Positions 17,122-26,791 of a stretch of 29,844 nucleotides of DNA are shown here, one piece after another. The notes beneath the pieces are model-generated. The model was not told where the DNA came from, did no database searches, and saw only the letters and a program-made list of their open reading frames with translations. Each line of letters begins with the position of its first letter. The stretch's first letter is position 1. The DNA lies in the IMG/VR virus record IMGVR_UViG_2541047968_000011; one strand, 5' to 3'. This DNA is from a virus. Lineage: Duplodnaviria; Heunggongvirae; Uroviricota; Caudoviricetes. Position numbers and translations under genes: made by a program.

Positions 17122-18949
17122 ATTTGAGCTTAAGGCGTTGATCACCGGTGTCGACAGGCTTTCTCCCGCGCTGTCGAAAATGCAAAAGAAAATCCGGGGA
17201 TTTAAACGCCAGGCGGAAGAAGCGTCACAGGGTGGGCTGGCGCTTGGTGGCGGACTGGCAGCGGGTCTGACGCTTTCCCTGAAATCTTATGCCGATCAGG
17301 AAAACGCCGCCACCGGGCTGAAAGTTGCCATGATGGATGCGAACGGTGAGGTTGGAAAGAGCTTTCAGGACATCAATAAACTGGCTATTGGCCTGGGTAA
17401 CCAGCTACCCGGTACAACGGCTGATTTCCAGAACATGATGCAGATGCTGGTGCGTCAGGGGATCCCGGCAGAAAACATTCTTGGCGGTGTGGGTAAAGCG
17501 ACAGCTTATCTTGCGGTACAACTGAAAAAAACACCGGAAGCGGCTGCTGAGTTTGCTGCAAAGATGCAGGATGCTACCGGAACGGCGTCAGAAGACATGA
17601 TGGGGCTGTTCGACACTATCCAGAAGGCGTTTTATCTGGGCGTTGACGATACCAACATGTTGTCCTTCTTCACTAAAACCAGTTCTGTTCTGAAGATGGT
17701 GAACAAGGACGGTCTTCAGGCTGCACAGAGCCTTGCCCCCATCAGCGTCATGATGGATCAGATGGGGATGAACGGGGAGTCGGCAGGTAATGCCCTGCGA
17801 AAAGTTATCCAGTCCGGATTAAGCGTTAAGAAAATCAGGGACGTCAATAAAGTTATGGCCCGCCAGAAACTCGGGGTACAGCTCGATTTTACTGACGGCA
17901 AAGGGAGTTTTGGCGGTCTTGATAACATGTTTAAACAACTGGCAAAGCTGCGAAAACTGACCGACGTTAAGCGAACAGGTGTACTTAAGGCAATATTTGG
18001 TGATGATGCCGAAACTCTTCAGGTGGTAAATGCTCTGATCGATAAAGGAAAGGATGGTTACGATCAGATCCAGCAGAAGATGAATAAACAGGCCAGTCTG
18101 AATAAACGTGTTCAGGCCCAGCTTGGTACGCTGTCCAACCTGTGGGAGGCAATGACGGGGACCGCAACTAACGGCCTTGCGGCTATTGGCGGCGCATTTT
18201 CTGGTGACGCCAAAAATATCACGCAATGGCTGGGGGAGTTAGGGGAAAAATTCACGAAGTTTGCGGATGAAAATCCCCGGGTTATTCGCGGCGTCGTCGG
18301 GCTTGCTGCCGGTCTTGCGATTCTGAAACTGGGATTGATGGGCGTGGGCAGTACCATCAGTATCGTCAGCAGGATCATGTCGATGACGCCGATTGGCATG
18401 ATTGCGACGGCGATTGCCCTGGCTGCGGGATTAATTATCACTAACTGGGATGTTGTCGGACCTTATTTTAAGAAACTCTGGGAAACCATTAGTCCTTATT
18501 TTGAGGCTGGCTGGGAACTTCTGAAGAAGGTTTTTGCCTGGTCGCCGCTGGGGATGGTGATCAATAACTGGGGACCGGTTGTTAAGTGGTTTCAGGATAT
18601 GTGGGATAAGCTGAAGCCGATTATTGAATGGTTTACCGACAGTTCCGGTGACACGGTCGATGCCATTAACTCGGCGCAGTGGGGCGTGGGTGCTTATGAT
18701 GCTTATGGGACGGGAATACCGGCACGGGGATACACACCTTATCCGGCGGTAGATCCGGCTCAGTCAAACAACGCCTCCGATGCCACAGGCCCGAATCCCT
18801 TCATGATTAACAAAGCTTCTGCACCAAAAGTTGATGGTGAGATCAAGGTCTCTTTTGTGAATTCGCCTCCGGGTATGCGGGTTATGGAAACGCGATCCAG
18901 CGGTTTTGATGTCAGCCATGATGTTGGCTATACGCGCTTTGGCAGGTAA
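17114..18949 (+). CDS. Tail tape measure protein
   Basis: 611 aa with a helical, Ala/Gly-rich central region and hydrophobic segment; lies downstream of the chaperone pair. Confidence 0.85.
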   Translation: MAEFELKALITGVDRLSPALSKMQKKIRGFKRQAEEASQGGLALGGGLAAGLTLSLKSYADQENAATGLKVAMMDANGEVGKSFQDINKLAIGLGNQLPGTTADFQNMMQMLVRQGIPAENILGGVGKATAYLAVQLKKTPEAAAEFAAKMQDATGTASEDMMGLFDTIQKAFYLGVDDTNMLSFFTKTSSVLKMVNKDGLQAAQSLAPISVMMDQMGMNGESAGNALRKVIQSGLSVKKIRDVNKVMARQKLGVQLDFTDGKGSFGGLDNMFKQLAKLRKLTDVKRTGVLKAIFGDDAETLQVVNALIDKGKDGYDQIQQKMNKQASLNKRVQAQLGTLSNLWEAMTGTATNGLAAIGGAFSGDAKNITQWLGELGEKFTKFADENPRVIRGVVGLAAGLAILKLGLMGVGSTISIVSRIMSMTPIGMIATAIALAAGLIITNWDVVGPYFKKLWETISPYFEAGWELLKKVFAWSPLGMVINNWGPVVKWFQDMWDKLKPIIEWFTDSSGDTVDAINSAQWGVGAYDAYGTGIPARGYTPYPAVDPAQSNNASDATGPNPFMINKASAPKVDGEIKVSFVNSPPGMRVMETRSSGFDVSHDVGYTRFGR

Positions 18950-18972
18950 TGAAAAATTAATCTGTTAATGAG

Positions 18973-18995
18973 TCCCACTCCGGTGGGATTTTTTA
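18973..18995 (+). terminator. Rho-independent terminator-like hairpin
   Basis: Stem tcccac/gtggga with loop tccg, followed by TTTTTT, between the tape-measure stop and the next gene's RBS. Confidence 0.55.
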
Positions 18996-19009
18996 TGTAC
19001 GGAGTTTAT

Positions 19010-20338
19010 ATGACGTGGAAAGACAGACTTCAGGACGCGTCATTTCGCGGTGTGCCGTTTAAGGTTGAAGAAGAAAGTGCGGGAACCGGTCGCCGTGTGG
19101 AAACGCACGAATACCCGAACCGCGACAAACCCTATACCGAAGACCTGGGGAAAATCACTTTCCGCCCGTCCATCACAGCTTATGTGGTGGGAGATGACTG
19201 CTTTGACCAGCGCGATCGCCTGATTGACGCGCTGAATAAACCCGGTCCTGGCACGCTTGTCCATCCGACTTACGGTGAGCTGAAAGTCTGTGTTGACGGG
19301 GAAGTTCGGGTCAGCACATCGAAGAGTGAAGGGCGTATTGTCCGCTTTGACCTGAAGTTTGTCGAAGCGGGAGAACTCTCTTACCCCACTTCAGGTGCGG
19401 CGACGGCGCAGACGCTGATGTCATCCTGTTCTGCACTGGATGACTGCATCAGTGATAGCTTCAGTGGTTTCAGTATCGATGGCGTGGCAGATTTTGTGCA
19501 GAACGACGTCGTCGGTAATGCCAGCACAATGCTTGGGTATGTTTCTGATGCGATGAAAGTGGTGGATTCTGCCGTATCGGATGCCGCCAGGCTGTTGCAG
19601 GGGGATATCTCGGTACTTCTGCCGCCGCCATCGTCAGGCAAAAATTTCGTTGAGCAGGTGCAGAAAATGTGGCGTACCGGGAAACGCCTTTATGGTAACG
19701 CCAGCGACCTGGTCACCATGATCAAAACGCTTTCCGGTGTCAGCCTCGGCAGCGATCTGCAACCGCGCGGCGTCTGGAAAACGGACAGTAAAACCACCGC
19801 CACGGCGACGCAGCAGCGTAACGTGGTTGCCAGCACCCTTCGTACGATCGCAATCAGCGAAGCGGCGTATGCCGTCACACGATTGCCTGCGCCCACAACT
19901 TCCGCGGTGATGCAGAATGCCACAGTGGGGCCGTCAACAACACCCGCGCAGAGCACCGGCTGGCCTTTTGTCACGCATCCGGCACTGAACAATGCACCGG
20001 CGGTGAAAAACACGGTTGACCTGCCAACGTGGGAAGAACTGACCGACATTCGCGACACACTGAATACGGCAATTGATAAGGAGTTGTCCCGTACAACCAG
20101 TGATGCGCTGTTTCTGGCGCTGCGCCGGGTGAAAGCAGATCTGAATGCGGATATCAACACGCGCCTTGAACAGTCTGCACGGATCATTCAGCGCACGCCG
20201 GATGAGGTTTTACCCGCGCTGGTGCTGGCGGCGACCTGGTTTGATAACGCGGCGCGTGACGCGGACATTATCCGGCGTAATGCCATTACGCATCCCGGCT
20301 TTGTGCCGGTGATCCCTCTGAAGGTGCCAGTGCAATGA
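19010..20338 (+). CDS. DNA circulation protein (Mu N/gp43-like)
   Basis: About 442 aa following the tape-measure gene. ATG at 19010 is chosen because the longer frame from 18968 would include the terminator hairpin. Confidence 0.72.
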   Translation: MTWKDRLQDASFRGVPFKVEEESAGTGRRVETHEYPNRDKPYTEDLGKITFRPSITAYVVGDDCFDQRDRLIDALNKPGPGTLVHPTYGELKVCVDGEVRVSTSKSEGRIVRFDLKFVEAGELSYPTSGAATAQTLMSSCSALDDCISDSFSGFSIDGVADFVQNDVVGNASTMLGYVSDAMKVVDSAVSDAARLLQGDISVLLPPPSSGKNFVEQVQKMWRTGKRLYGNASDLVTMIKTLSGVSLGSDLQPRGVWKTDSKTTATATQQRNVVASTLRTIAISEAAYAVTRLPAPTTSAVMQNATVGPSTTPAQSTGWPFVTHPALNNAPAVKNTVDLPTWEELTDIRDTLNTAIDKELSRTTSDALFLALRRVKADLNADINTRLEQSARIIQRTPDEVLPALVLAATWFDNAARDADIIRRNAITHPGFVPVIPLKVPVQ

Positions 20339-21414
20339 ACGACAATGTCACGCTACGGGTAAATGGCCGGGAGTGGAATGGCTGGACATCGGTGCGCATC
20401 GGTGCCGGTATTGAACGGCTGGCGCGGGATTTCAGTGTGGAGATCACTCGCCAGTGGCCGGGAGATGAGGGTATCACCACGCTTCAGCCGCGCATTAAAA
20501 ACGGTTCAAAAGTGGAAGTGCTGATTGGTGATGAGCTGGTGATCACCGGCTGGGTGGAGGCGACTCCCGTTCGTTACGATGCCCGTTCGGTCAGCACCGG
20601 TATTGCCGGACGTAGTCTGACGGCTGACCTGATTGACTGTGCAGCCGAACCGACACAGTTTAACGGACGCTCGCTGGTGCAGATTGCGCAGGCGCTTGCT
20701 GCGCCTTTCGGCATTGAGGTGGTGAACAGCGGTGCGCCGTCGGGTGTTATTCCTGATGTTCAGCCTGATCACGGTGAAACGGTGATTGAGGTAATCAACA
20801 AAATACTCGGTCAGCAGCAGGCGCTGGCTTACGACGACCCGCACGGCAGGCTGGTGATTGGCGGTATTGGCTCAACGCGGGCACATACCGCGCTGGTACT
20901 TGGGGAAAACATCCTTTCCTGTGATACGGAGAAGAGTATCCGGGAGCGGTTTTCTGTTTACCAGGTGGCGGGGCAGCGTGCCGGAAACGACGATGATTTC
21001 GGTGAGGCCACCACCACCGCGCTGCGGGCCCGCACAGAGGACGCATTTATTGCCCGTTACCGTCCGATGTATATCAGGCAGACAGGGCAGGCCACGGGGG
21101 CAGGTTGTATTGCGCGTGCTGACTTTGAAGCCCGACAACGGGCGGCGCGGACGGATGAAACCACCTATGTGGTGCAGGGCTGGCGACAGGGTAACGGTAC
21201 GCTGTGGCAGCCCAACCAGCGGGTGATTGTCTTCGATCCGGTCTGTGGTTTCGACAATACCGAACTGCTTGTCTCGGAAGTCACGTTTACTCAGGACCAG
21301 AACGGCACCCTGACGGAAATCCGTGTCGGCCCGCCTGATGCTTATCTGCCTGAACCCGAAGCCCCCGGCGCGCGGAAAAAGAAAAAAGCCAGAGTACAGG
21401 AGGACCCGTTCTGA
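20335..21414 (+). CDS. Baseplate hub protein (Mu gpP/gp44-like)
   Basis: 359 aa in conserved order after the DNA circulation gene. Confidence 0.78.
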   Translation: MNDNVTLRVNGREWNGWTSVRIGAGIERLARDFSVEITRQWPGDEGITTLQPRIKNGSKVEVLIGDELVITGWVEATPVRYDARSVSTGIAGRSLTADLIDCAAEPTQFNGRSLVQIAQALAAPFGIEVVNSGAPSGVIPDVQPDHGETVIEVINKILGQQQALAYDDPHGRLVIGGIGSTRAHTALVLGENILSCDTEKSIRERFSVYQVAGQRAGNDDDFGEATTTALRARTEDAFIARYRPMYIRQTGQATGAGCIARADFEARQRAARTDETTYVVQGWRQGNGTLWQPNQRVIVFDPVCGFDNTELLVSEVTFTQDQNGTLTEIRVGPPDAYLPEPEAPGARKKKKARVQEDPF

Positions 21415-21962
21415 TGAGGACGATTGAAGCCATGCAGCGACAACTTCTCGGCCTGATTGGGCGGGCAGTGGTGAAAAGCATCAGTGCCGCCACGAAATGT
21501 CAGACCGTGGATGTGTCCCTGATTGCCGGTGAACCCAAAGCCGGGGTTGAACATCTTGAACCCTACGGTTTTACCGCAAGGGCAAACAGCGGTGCGGAAG
21601 CGGTGGTGTTGTTTCCGGATGGCGACCGTTCTCATGCGGTGGTTGTTACGGTGTCGGACCGGCGCTACCGCCTGAAAGGGCTGCAGACGGGTGAGGTGGC
21701 TGTCTATGACGATCAGGGGCAGTCTGTGACGCTGACCCGGGAGGGGATCGTGGTGGACGGTGCAGGTAAAACGATCACGTTTCGCAATGCGCCCAGAGCA
21801 CGTTTTGAAATGGACCTGGAAGTGACCGGACAGGTGAAAGACCTGTGCGACTCCGGCGGTACCACCATGTCAGCGATGCGGCTTGCCTATAACGGGCATC
21901 GTCACAGAGAGAACGGTCAGGGCAGTAACACCGACAAACCTGATAAAGCGATGGAGGCATGA
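21414..21962 (+). CDS. Baseplate assembly protein V / spike (Mu gp45-like)
   Basis: 182 aa; typical size and position for a gpV-type spike. Confidence 0.78.
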   Translation: MRTIEAMQRQLLGLIGRAVVKSISAATKCQTVDVSLIAGEPKAGVEHLEPYGFTARANSGAEAVVLFPDGDRSHAVVVTVSDRRYRLKGLQTGEVAVYDDQGQSVTLTREGIVVDGAGKTITFRNAPRARFEMDLEVTGQVKDLCDSGGTTMSAMRLAYNGHRHRENGQGSNTDKPDKAMEA

Positions 21963-22387
21963 TGGAACTGTGGCTGACGGTGAACGGTAAACGCACCTGC
22001 GCCAGCGCACAGCTGGATCCGCTGACCCGCGCCGTGGTGATTTCCCTGTTTACCTGGCGGCGGGCGGAGCCTGATGACAACGCCGATGTCCCGATGGGAT
22101 GGTGGGGGGATACCTGGCCTGCGGTACAGAATGACCGTTACGGCTCCCGACTGTGGCTGCTTCAGCGCAGCAAACTGACCAATCAGCTGGTGCAGACGGT
22201 AAGGGGGTATATCCGCGAATGCCTGCAATGGATGATTGATGACGGCGTGGTGTCCCGTATTGATCTGGATATCCGCCGCACCGGGATTAATGAACTGGGT
22301 AACAGTATCACTCTCTGGCGTCGTGACGGACCGGTAATGATTTCTTTTGATGATCTGTGGAGTGCGATAACGCATGGCGGACAGTGA
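21959..22387 (+). CDS. Baseplate protein (GP46 family, Mu gp46-like)
   Basis: 142 aa between the V and J-like genes. Confidence 0.72.
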   Translation: MMELWLTVNGKRTCASAQLDPLTRAVVISLFTWRRAEPDDNADVPMGWWGDTWPAVQNDRYGSRLWLLQRSKLTNQLVQTVRGYIRECLQWMIDDGVVSRIDLDIRRTGINELGNSITLWRRDGPVMISFDDLWSAITHGGQ

Positions 22388-23432
22388 ATTTCAGCGCCCG
22401 ACGCTGGCAGAAAATATCAGTATGCTCCGTAACGATTTATTCGCCAGGCTGGACGTCAGCGACACGCTCCGGCGCATGGATGAAGACGTGCGGGCAAAGG
22501 TGTATGCGGCGGCGCTGCATACGGTTTACGGTTACATCGATTATCTGGCAATGAACATGCTGCCTGACCTGTGCGATGAGTCCTGGCTGGCGCGACATGC
22601 TGCGATGAAACGGTGTCCGCGCAAGGGGGCCACGGCTGCCAGCGGGTATATGCGCTGGGAAGGTGTCAGAGATGGCCTGAAGGTGACCGCCGGGAGTGTT
22701 ATTCAGCGCGATGACCTGGTGCAGTACACGACAACTGACGATGCAACCAGCTCCGGTGGTGTCCTGCGCGTGCCGATCGCCTGCTCAAGTGCAGGTGCGG
22801 TCGGTAACGCTGACGACGGTACGGCATTAATCCTGGTCACGCCGGTGAATGGTCTGCCGTCTTCCGGTGTGGCTGACACCCTTACAGGCGGATTTGATAC
22901 TGAAGAGCTGGAAACGTGGCGCGCCCGCGTCATTGAGCGGTATTACTGGACGCCTCAGGGCGGGGCTGACGGGGACTATGTCGTCTGGGCTAAAGAAGTG
23001 CCCGGCATTACCCGCGCATGGACATACCGTCACTGGATGGGAACGGGAACTGTCGGTGTGATGATTGCCAGCAGTGACCTGATTAATCCCATTCCGGAAG
23101 AATCAACGGAAACGGCAGCAAGACAACATATCGGGCCACTGGCCCCGGTGGCAGGCTCTGATTTGTATGTATTCAGGCCGGTGGCACATACGGTGGATTT
23201 TCATATCCGCGTGACGCCGGACACACCAGAAATACGGGCTGCCATTACCGCGGAGTTGCGTTCGTTCCTGCTGCGTGATGGTTATCCGCAGGGAGAACTG
23301 AAGGTGTCACGTATCAGTGAAGCGATTTCCGGTGCGAACGGGGAATACAGCCATCAGTTGCTTGCACCGGCGGACAATATCTCCATTGCAAAAAATGAAC
23401 TGGCGGTACTGGGGACGATTTCATGGACGTGA
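22374..23432 (+). CDS. Baseplate J-like protein (Mu gp47-like)
   Basis: 352 aa in the conserved baseplate position. Confidence 0.8.
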   Translation: MADSEFQRPTLAENISMLRNDLFARLDVSDTLRRMDEDVRAKVYAAALHTVYGYIDYLAMNMLPDLCDESWLARHAAMKRCPRKGATAASGYMRWEGVRDGLKVTAGSVIQRDDLVQYTTTDDATSSGGVLRVPIACSSAGAVGNADDGTALILVTPVNGLPSSGVADTLTGGFDTEELETWRARVIERYYWTPQGGADGDYVVWAKEVPGITRAWTYRHWMGTGTVGVMIASSDLINPIPEESTETAARQHIGPLAPVAGSDLYVFRPVAHTVDFHIRVTPDTPEIRAAITAELRSFLLRDGYPQGELKVSRISEAISGANGEYSHQLLAPADNISIAKNELAVLGTISWT

Positions 23433-24007
23433 CAAACGATGATTACATCCGTCTGTTGTCGGCACTGTTGCCACCCGGTCCGGCGTGGTCAGCCAGAGAT
23501 CCGGCGATTGCCGGTGCGGCACCGTCATTAACCCGCGTTCATCAGCGTGCGGATGCCCTGATGCGGGAGCTGGATCCGCGCACCACCACTGAACTGATAA
23601 ATCGCTGGGAGCGTCTGTGCGGTCTGCCGGATGAATGTATTCCCGCAGGGACACAGACCCTTCGCCAGCGTCAGCAACGGCTGGATGCGAAGGTTAACCT
23701 GGCGGGCGGCATCAACGAGAATTTTTATCTTGCACAGCTTGCTGCCCTGGGCAGACCAGACGCTACCATCACGCGATACGACAAAAGCACGTTCACCTGC
23801 TCATCGGCCTGTACTGACGCGGTGAATGCGCCGGAATGGCTGTATTACTGGCAGGTCAACATGCCAGCCGCCACAAACACCACCTGGATGACATGTGGCG
23901 ATCCCTGTGATTCCGCGCTGCGTATCTGGGGTGACACCGTTGTCGAGTGTGTGCTTAACAAACTCTGCCCGTCGCATACCTACGTAATTTTTAAATATCC
24001 GGAGTAA
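23423..24007 (+). CDS. Tail protein (Mu gp48 / DUF2313, YmfQ-like)
   Basis: 194 aa directly upstream of the tail-fibre gene, as ymfQ is upstream of stfP in e14 (from memory). Confidence 0.72.
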   Translation: MDVTNDDYIRLLSALLPPGPAWSARDPAIAGAAPSLTRVHQRADALMRELDPRTTTELINRWERLCGLPDECIPAGTQTLRQRQQRLDAKVNLAGGINENFYLAQLAALGRPDATITRYDKSTFTCSSACTDAVNAPEWLYYWQVNMPAATNTTWMTCGDPCDSALRIWGDTVVECVLNKLCPSHTYVIFKYPE

Positions 24008-24010
24008 TCC

Positions 24011-24643
24011 ATGCATCGTATAGACACGAAAACCGCGCAGAAGGATAAGTTCGGCGCGGGTAAGAACGGTTTTACCCGTGGTAACCCCCAGACTGGCACG
24101 CCTGCCACCGATCTGGATGATGACTACTTTGACATGTTGCAGGAAGAACTTTGTAGCGTTGTTGAGGCATCCGGTGCCAGTCTGGAGAAGGCGCGGCACG
24201 ACCAGCTGCTTACCGCGCTTCGTGCGCTGCTGTTAAGCCGCAAGAATCCGTTTGGCGATATCAAATCGGATGGCACGGTGAAAACGGCTCTCGAAAACCT
24301 TGGTTTGGGAGAAGCCAGATATGTCATTCAGCGAGGAGCTAATGTCAATGGTGCATGGATACGCTGGTCAGATGGTGCAATAGAAGTATTTGGAACTGGT
24401 GGTTCCAATGATAATGGGCTGGCTAAAGTCGTTTATCCAATTGCTCTACCTAAGCTTTCACGTTTTATCAGCATAGCGGAAAGAATAAGAACAGATTACG
24501 AGGCCACACCTAATAACGTTCACGTTTCAATGATCGTGGATGACCAGGTCAGTAATACAGGTTTTTATGTCCGCTGCCAGATGTACGACGGAAGACCATC
24601 AACAAGTGCTTTTTCCTGGAGAGTTTATTGTGCGCCTGTTTAA
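24011..24643 (+). CDS. Side tail fibre protein (constant N-terminus plus currently expressed variable C-terminus)
   Basis: N-terminus [26 protein letters not shown]... is the conserved tail-fibre N-terminal domain. A 26-bp invertase crossover site lies inside the gene at codons about 93-101. Confidence 0.8.
   Translation: MHRIDTKTAQKDKFGAGKNGFTRGNPQTGTPATDLDDDYFDMLQEELCSVVEASGASLEKARHDQLLTALRALLLSRKNPFGDIKSDGTVKTALENLGLGEARYVIQRGANVNGAWIRWSDGAIEVFGTGGSNDNGLAKVVYPIALPKLSRFISIAERIRTDYEATPNNVHVSMIVDDQVSNTGFYVRCQMYDGRPSTSAFSWRVYCAPV
24288..24313. other. Invertase crossover site, left (gix/hix/pix-like), CTCTCGAAAACCTTGGTTTGGGAGAA
   Basis: Matches the hix/gix family pattern (..GAAAACC nn GGTTT..) as recalled. 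Its right half is repeated in inverted orientation at 26711-26737. Confidence 0.6.
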
Positions 24644-24827
24644 TCCTGTTACTTTGACTGAAGTAATCCCCGGTCTTCATGACGTGACCGGGGCTGTGGA
24701 ATTACCAGAAGATAACTGGTTTTTTACTATGACAGAAATTCCTCAGGGCATGGAGCTAACAATTAATGAGAAAGGGGAACCAATATTGATTGAGGTTAAT
24801 CAGTCTCAGGGAAAGCAGGCCAAATAA
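24630..24827 (+). CDS. Putative short tail-fibre assembly/chaperone protein (65 aa)
   Basis: GTG start with GGAG 7 nt upstream, directly after the fibre gene. It is short for a Tfa, and its 3' end overlaps the convergent tfa' fragment, so this call is uncertain. Confidence 0.35.
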   Translation: MRLFNPVTLTEVIPGLHDVTGAVELPEDNWFFTMTEIPQGMELTINEKGEPILIEVNQSQGKQAK

Positions 24828-25101
24828 TATCAGGCGCGGTGCTGGTATCTGTTGCCGTCACCGCGTCAATGTAATCCAGCACGGCGTTAAGCCGGGTTGT
24901 TTCTGCCTGCATCAGCTTCCGTCCGGCCTGTAATTTCAGCTGAATCAGACTGATGGAAGCCATTGCAGCATCAATCAGTGACTGACGCTGTGCTTCTGCC
25001 GTGTCTACTGCGGCGCTATGCTGTGCCTCAGTATCGGTCACCCATTTCTCACCATCCCATTTATCGTATGGTGTTAACGGGGCGATAGTTGTGGTATTTT
25101 C
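24796..25101 (-). pseudogene. Tail-fibre assembly gene tfa' (alternative orientation), C-terminal fragment separated from its 5' part by IS26
   Basis: Minus-strand translation ...ENTTTIAPLTPYDKWDGEKWVTDTEAQ...[16 protein letters not shown] matches the conserved Tfa C-terminus. The frame is open right up to the IS26 boundary. Confidence 0.75.
25094..25101. repeat. IS26 target-site duplication (left copy), GTATTTTC
   Basis: Identical 8 bp abut both ends of the IS. Confidence 0.85.
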
Positions 25102-25921
25102 GGCACTGTTGCAAAGTTAGCGATGAGGCAGCCTTTTGTCTTATTCAAAGGCCTTACATTTCAAAAACTCTGCTTACCAGGCGCATTTCGCCCAGGGGAT
25201 CACCATAATAAAATGCTGAGGCCTGGCCTTTGCGTAGTGCACGCATCACCTCAATACCTTTGATGGTGGCGTAAGCCGTCTTCATGGATTTAAATCCCAG
25301 CGTGGCGTTGATTATCCGTTTCAGTTTGCCATGATCGCATTCAATCACGTTGTTCCGGTACTTAATCTGTCGGTGTTCAACGTCAGACGGGCACCGGCCT
25401 TCGCGTTTGAGCAGAGCAAGCGCGCGACCATAGGCGGGCGCTTTATCCGTGTTGATGAATCGTGGGATCTGCCACTTCTTCACGTTGTTGAGGATTTTAC
25501 CCAGAAACCGGTATGCAGCTTTGCTGTTACGACGGGAGGAGAGATAAAAATCGACAGTGCGGCCCCGGCTGTCGACGGCCCGGTACAGATACGCCCAGCG
25601 GCCATTGACCTTCACGTAGGTTTCATCCATGTGCCACGGGCAAAGATCGGAAGGGTTACGCCAGTACCAGCGCAGCCGTTTTTCCATTTCAGGCGCATAA
25701 CGCTGAACCCAGCGGTAAATCGTGGAGTGATCGACATTCACTCCGCGTTCAGCCAGCATCTCCTGCAGCTCACGGTAACTGATGCCGTATTTGCAGTACC
25801 AGCGTACGGCCCACAGAATGATGTCACGCTGAAAATGCCGGCCTTTGAATGGGTTCATGTGCAGCTCCATCAGCAAAAGGGGATGATAAGTTTATCACCA
25901 CCGACTATTTGCAACAGTGCC
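25102..25921 (-). mobile_element. IS26 (IS6 family) insertion sequence, complete, 820 bp
   Basis: Perfect 14-bp terminal inverted repeats GGCACTGTTGCAAA at 25102-25115 and TTTGCAACAGTGCC at 25908-25921. Length is exactly 820 bp, it encodes Tnp26, and it is flanked by 8-bp direct repeats. Confidence 0.95.
25154..25858 (-). CDS. tnpA: IS26 transposase Tnp26
   Basis: 234-aa translation MNPFKGRHFQRDIILWAVRWYCKYGISYRELQEMLAERGVNVDHSTIYRWVQRYAPEMEK... is recognisable as the IS26/IS6-family transposase. Confidence 0.95.
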   Translation of the reverse strand: MNPFKGRHFQRDIILWAVRWYCKYGISYRELQEMLAERGVNVDHSTIYRWVQRYAPEMEKRLRWYWRNPSDLCPWHMDETYVKVNGRWAYLYRAVDSRGRTVDFYLSSRRNSKAAYRFLGKILNNVKKWQIPRFINTDKAPAYGRALALLKREGRCPSDVEHRQIKYRNNVIECDHGKLKRIINATLGFKSMKTAYATIKGIEVMRALRKGQASAFYYGDPLGEMRLVSRVFEM

Positions 25922-25929
25922 GTATTTTC
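25922..25929. repeat. IS26 target-site duplication (right copy), GTATTTTC
   Basis: Identical to 25094-25101. Confidence 0.85.
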
Positions 25930-26229
25930 AGGGTAATCACCCGGAGCTGTGATTTCTTTTGACTCTCCAGTTTTGGTGCTATAGACGATTTCACCGCGAT
26001 GGTCTGGCACATATTCCCATGAGTTAAAATTTGCAGAACGACAGATAGCATAACCCACCTTATATGTGCCAGGGGCATCTAAACAGGAATATGCAGGAAT
26101 ACCGACACCAATGGCAAGATATTCAGTTGAAGCTGAAATATATTCCTGCGTCTCACTATCATAGTTATAAACGGTAATATCCCCCGACTTTGTAGCAATA
26201 AGCTCACTATTTAATATTGCTTTATCCAT
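25922..26229 (-). pseudogene. Tail-fibre assembly gene tfa', N-terminal fragment interrupted by IS26
   Basis: Minus-strand ORF starting at 26229 (MDKAILNSELIATKSGDITVYNYD...HRGEIVYSTKTGESKEITAPGDYPENTALL) runs into IS26. Removing IS26 plus one duplication copy restores a continuous 201-codon Tfa-like frame. Confidence 0.75.
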
Positions 26230-26736
26230 TATGCTGCTCTCACGATATAGTTAAATGCAATGTTTCGAGGGCGATTCTCTGATGCTGTTGGTACAACCCT
26301 GGATGCATCAAAACTGAATCCTGTGTAAGGGGTATTTTTTGTTTCATATGTGCCTAGGTTATTATAGATATTTCGCGTAGCTTGAGATGCTAAGGCAAAA
26401 GCACCAGTACCAGTCTGTAACCTGAAAGTTGCTGTATCAATGGTGCCTTTAACTTCATTTATAAAGCCTGTTATATTCCGAATGGTATCTCCCTGTGACG
26501 AAAGCAAGCTACGGTTAGTATCAATCCCTCTTCCATCATCCCAGCCACGAATAAACTCACCGCGTAAATCAGGCAATTTATTTGTCGGGTAAACCTTTGC
26601 CAGTTCCGGGTATTCTTCAGCAGAAAAAGCCGCCCCGTTGCATTTCAGCCAGCCTGTTGGCGGAGTGGCGGAAGGCCACGGAACAGGCACGCCAACGGGT
26701 AATGCCGAACCTTCTCCCAAACCAACGTTTATGAAA
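26229..26736 (-). CDS. Alternative tail-fibre C-terminal segment (inverted orientation, no independent start)
   Basis: Minus-strand frame encodes ...VGLGEGSALPVGVPVPWPSATPPTGWLKCNGAAFSAEEYPELAKVYP... It begins at the right crossover site and would join the constant fibre N-terminus in frame at LGLGE/VGLGEG after inversion. Confidence 0.7.
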
Positions 26737-26737
26737 A
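26711..26737. other. Invertase crossover site, right (inverted copy); reverse complement TTTTCATAAACGTTGGTTTGGGAGAAG
   Basis: The right half GGTTTGGGAGAAG is identical to the left site in inverted orientation. It lies just upstream of the invertase gene, as in the Gin/Cin/Pin systems. Confidence 0.6.
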
Positions 26738-26791
26738 TGCAGAAATAACGATCAAATGGCATCATTCCTGCTTTTGTCAGGGAGATCTACC

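Noticed and set aside
18968-20338. Longer start at 18968 for the DNA circulation gene
   Set aside because: The extension overlaps the terminator-like hairpin; the ATG at 19010 has GGAG 5 nt upstream.
25331-25936. 201-aa plus-strand ORF overlapping IS26
   Set aside because: It is antisense to the IS26 transposase and IS26 encodes a single protein; it also extends past the IS boundary, so it is an artefact.
25870-26229. 119-aa minus-strand ORF treated as an intact gene
   Set aside because: Only the first 100 codons are native tfa' sequence; the rest is read-through into the IS26 inverted repeat, so it is a disrupted gene fragment.
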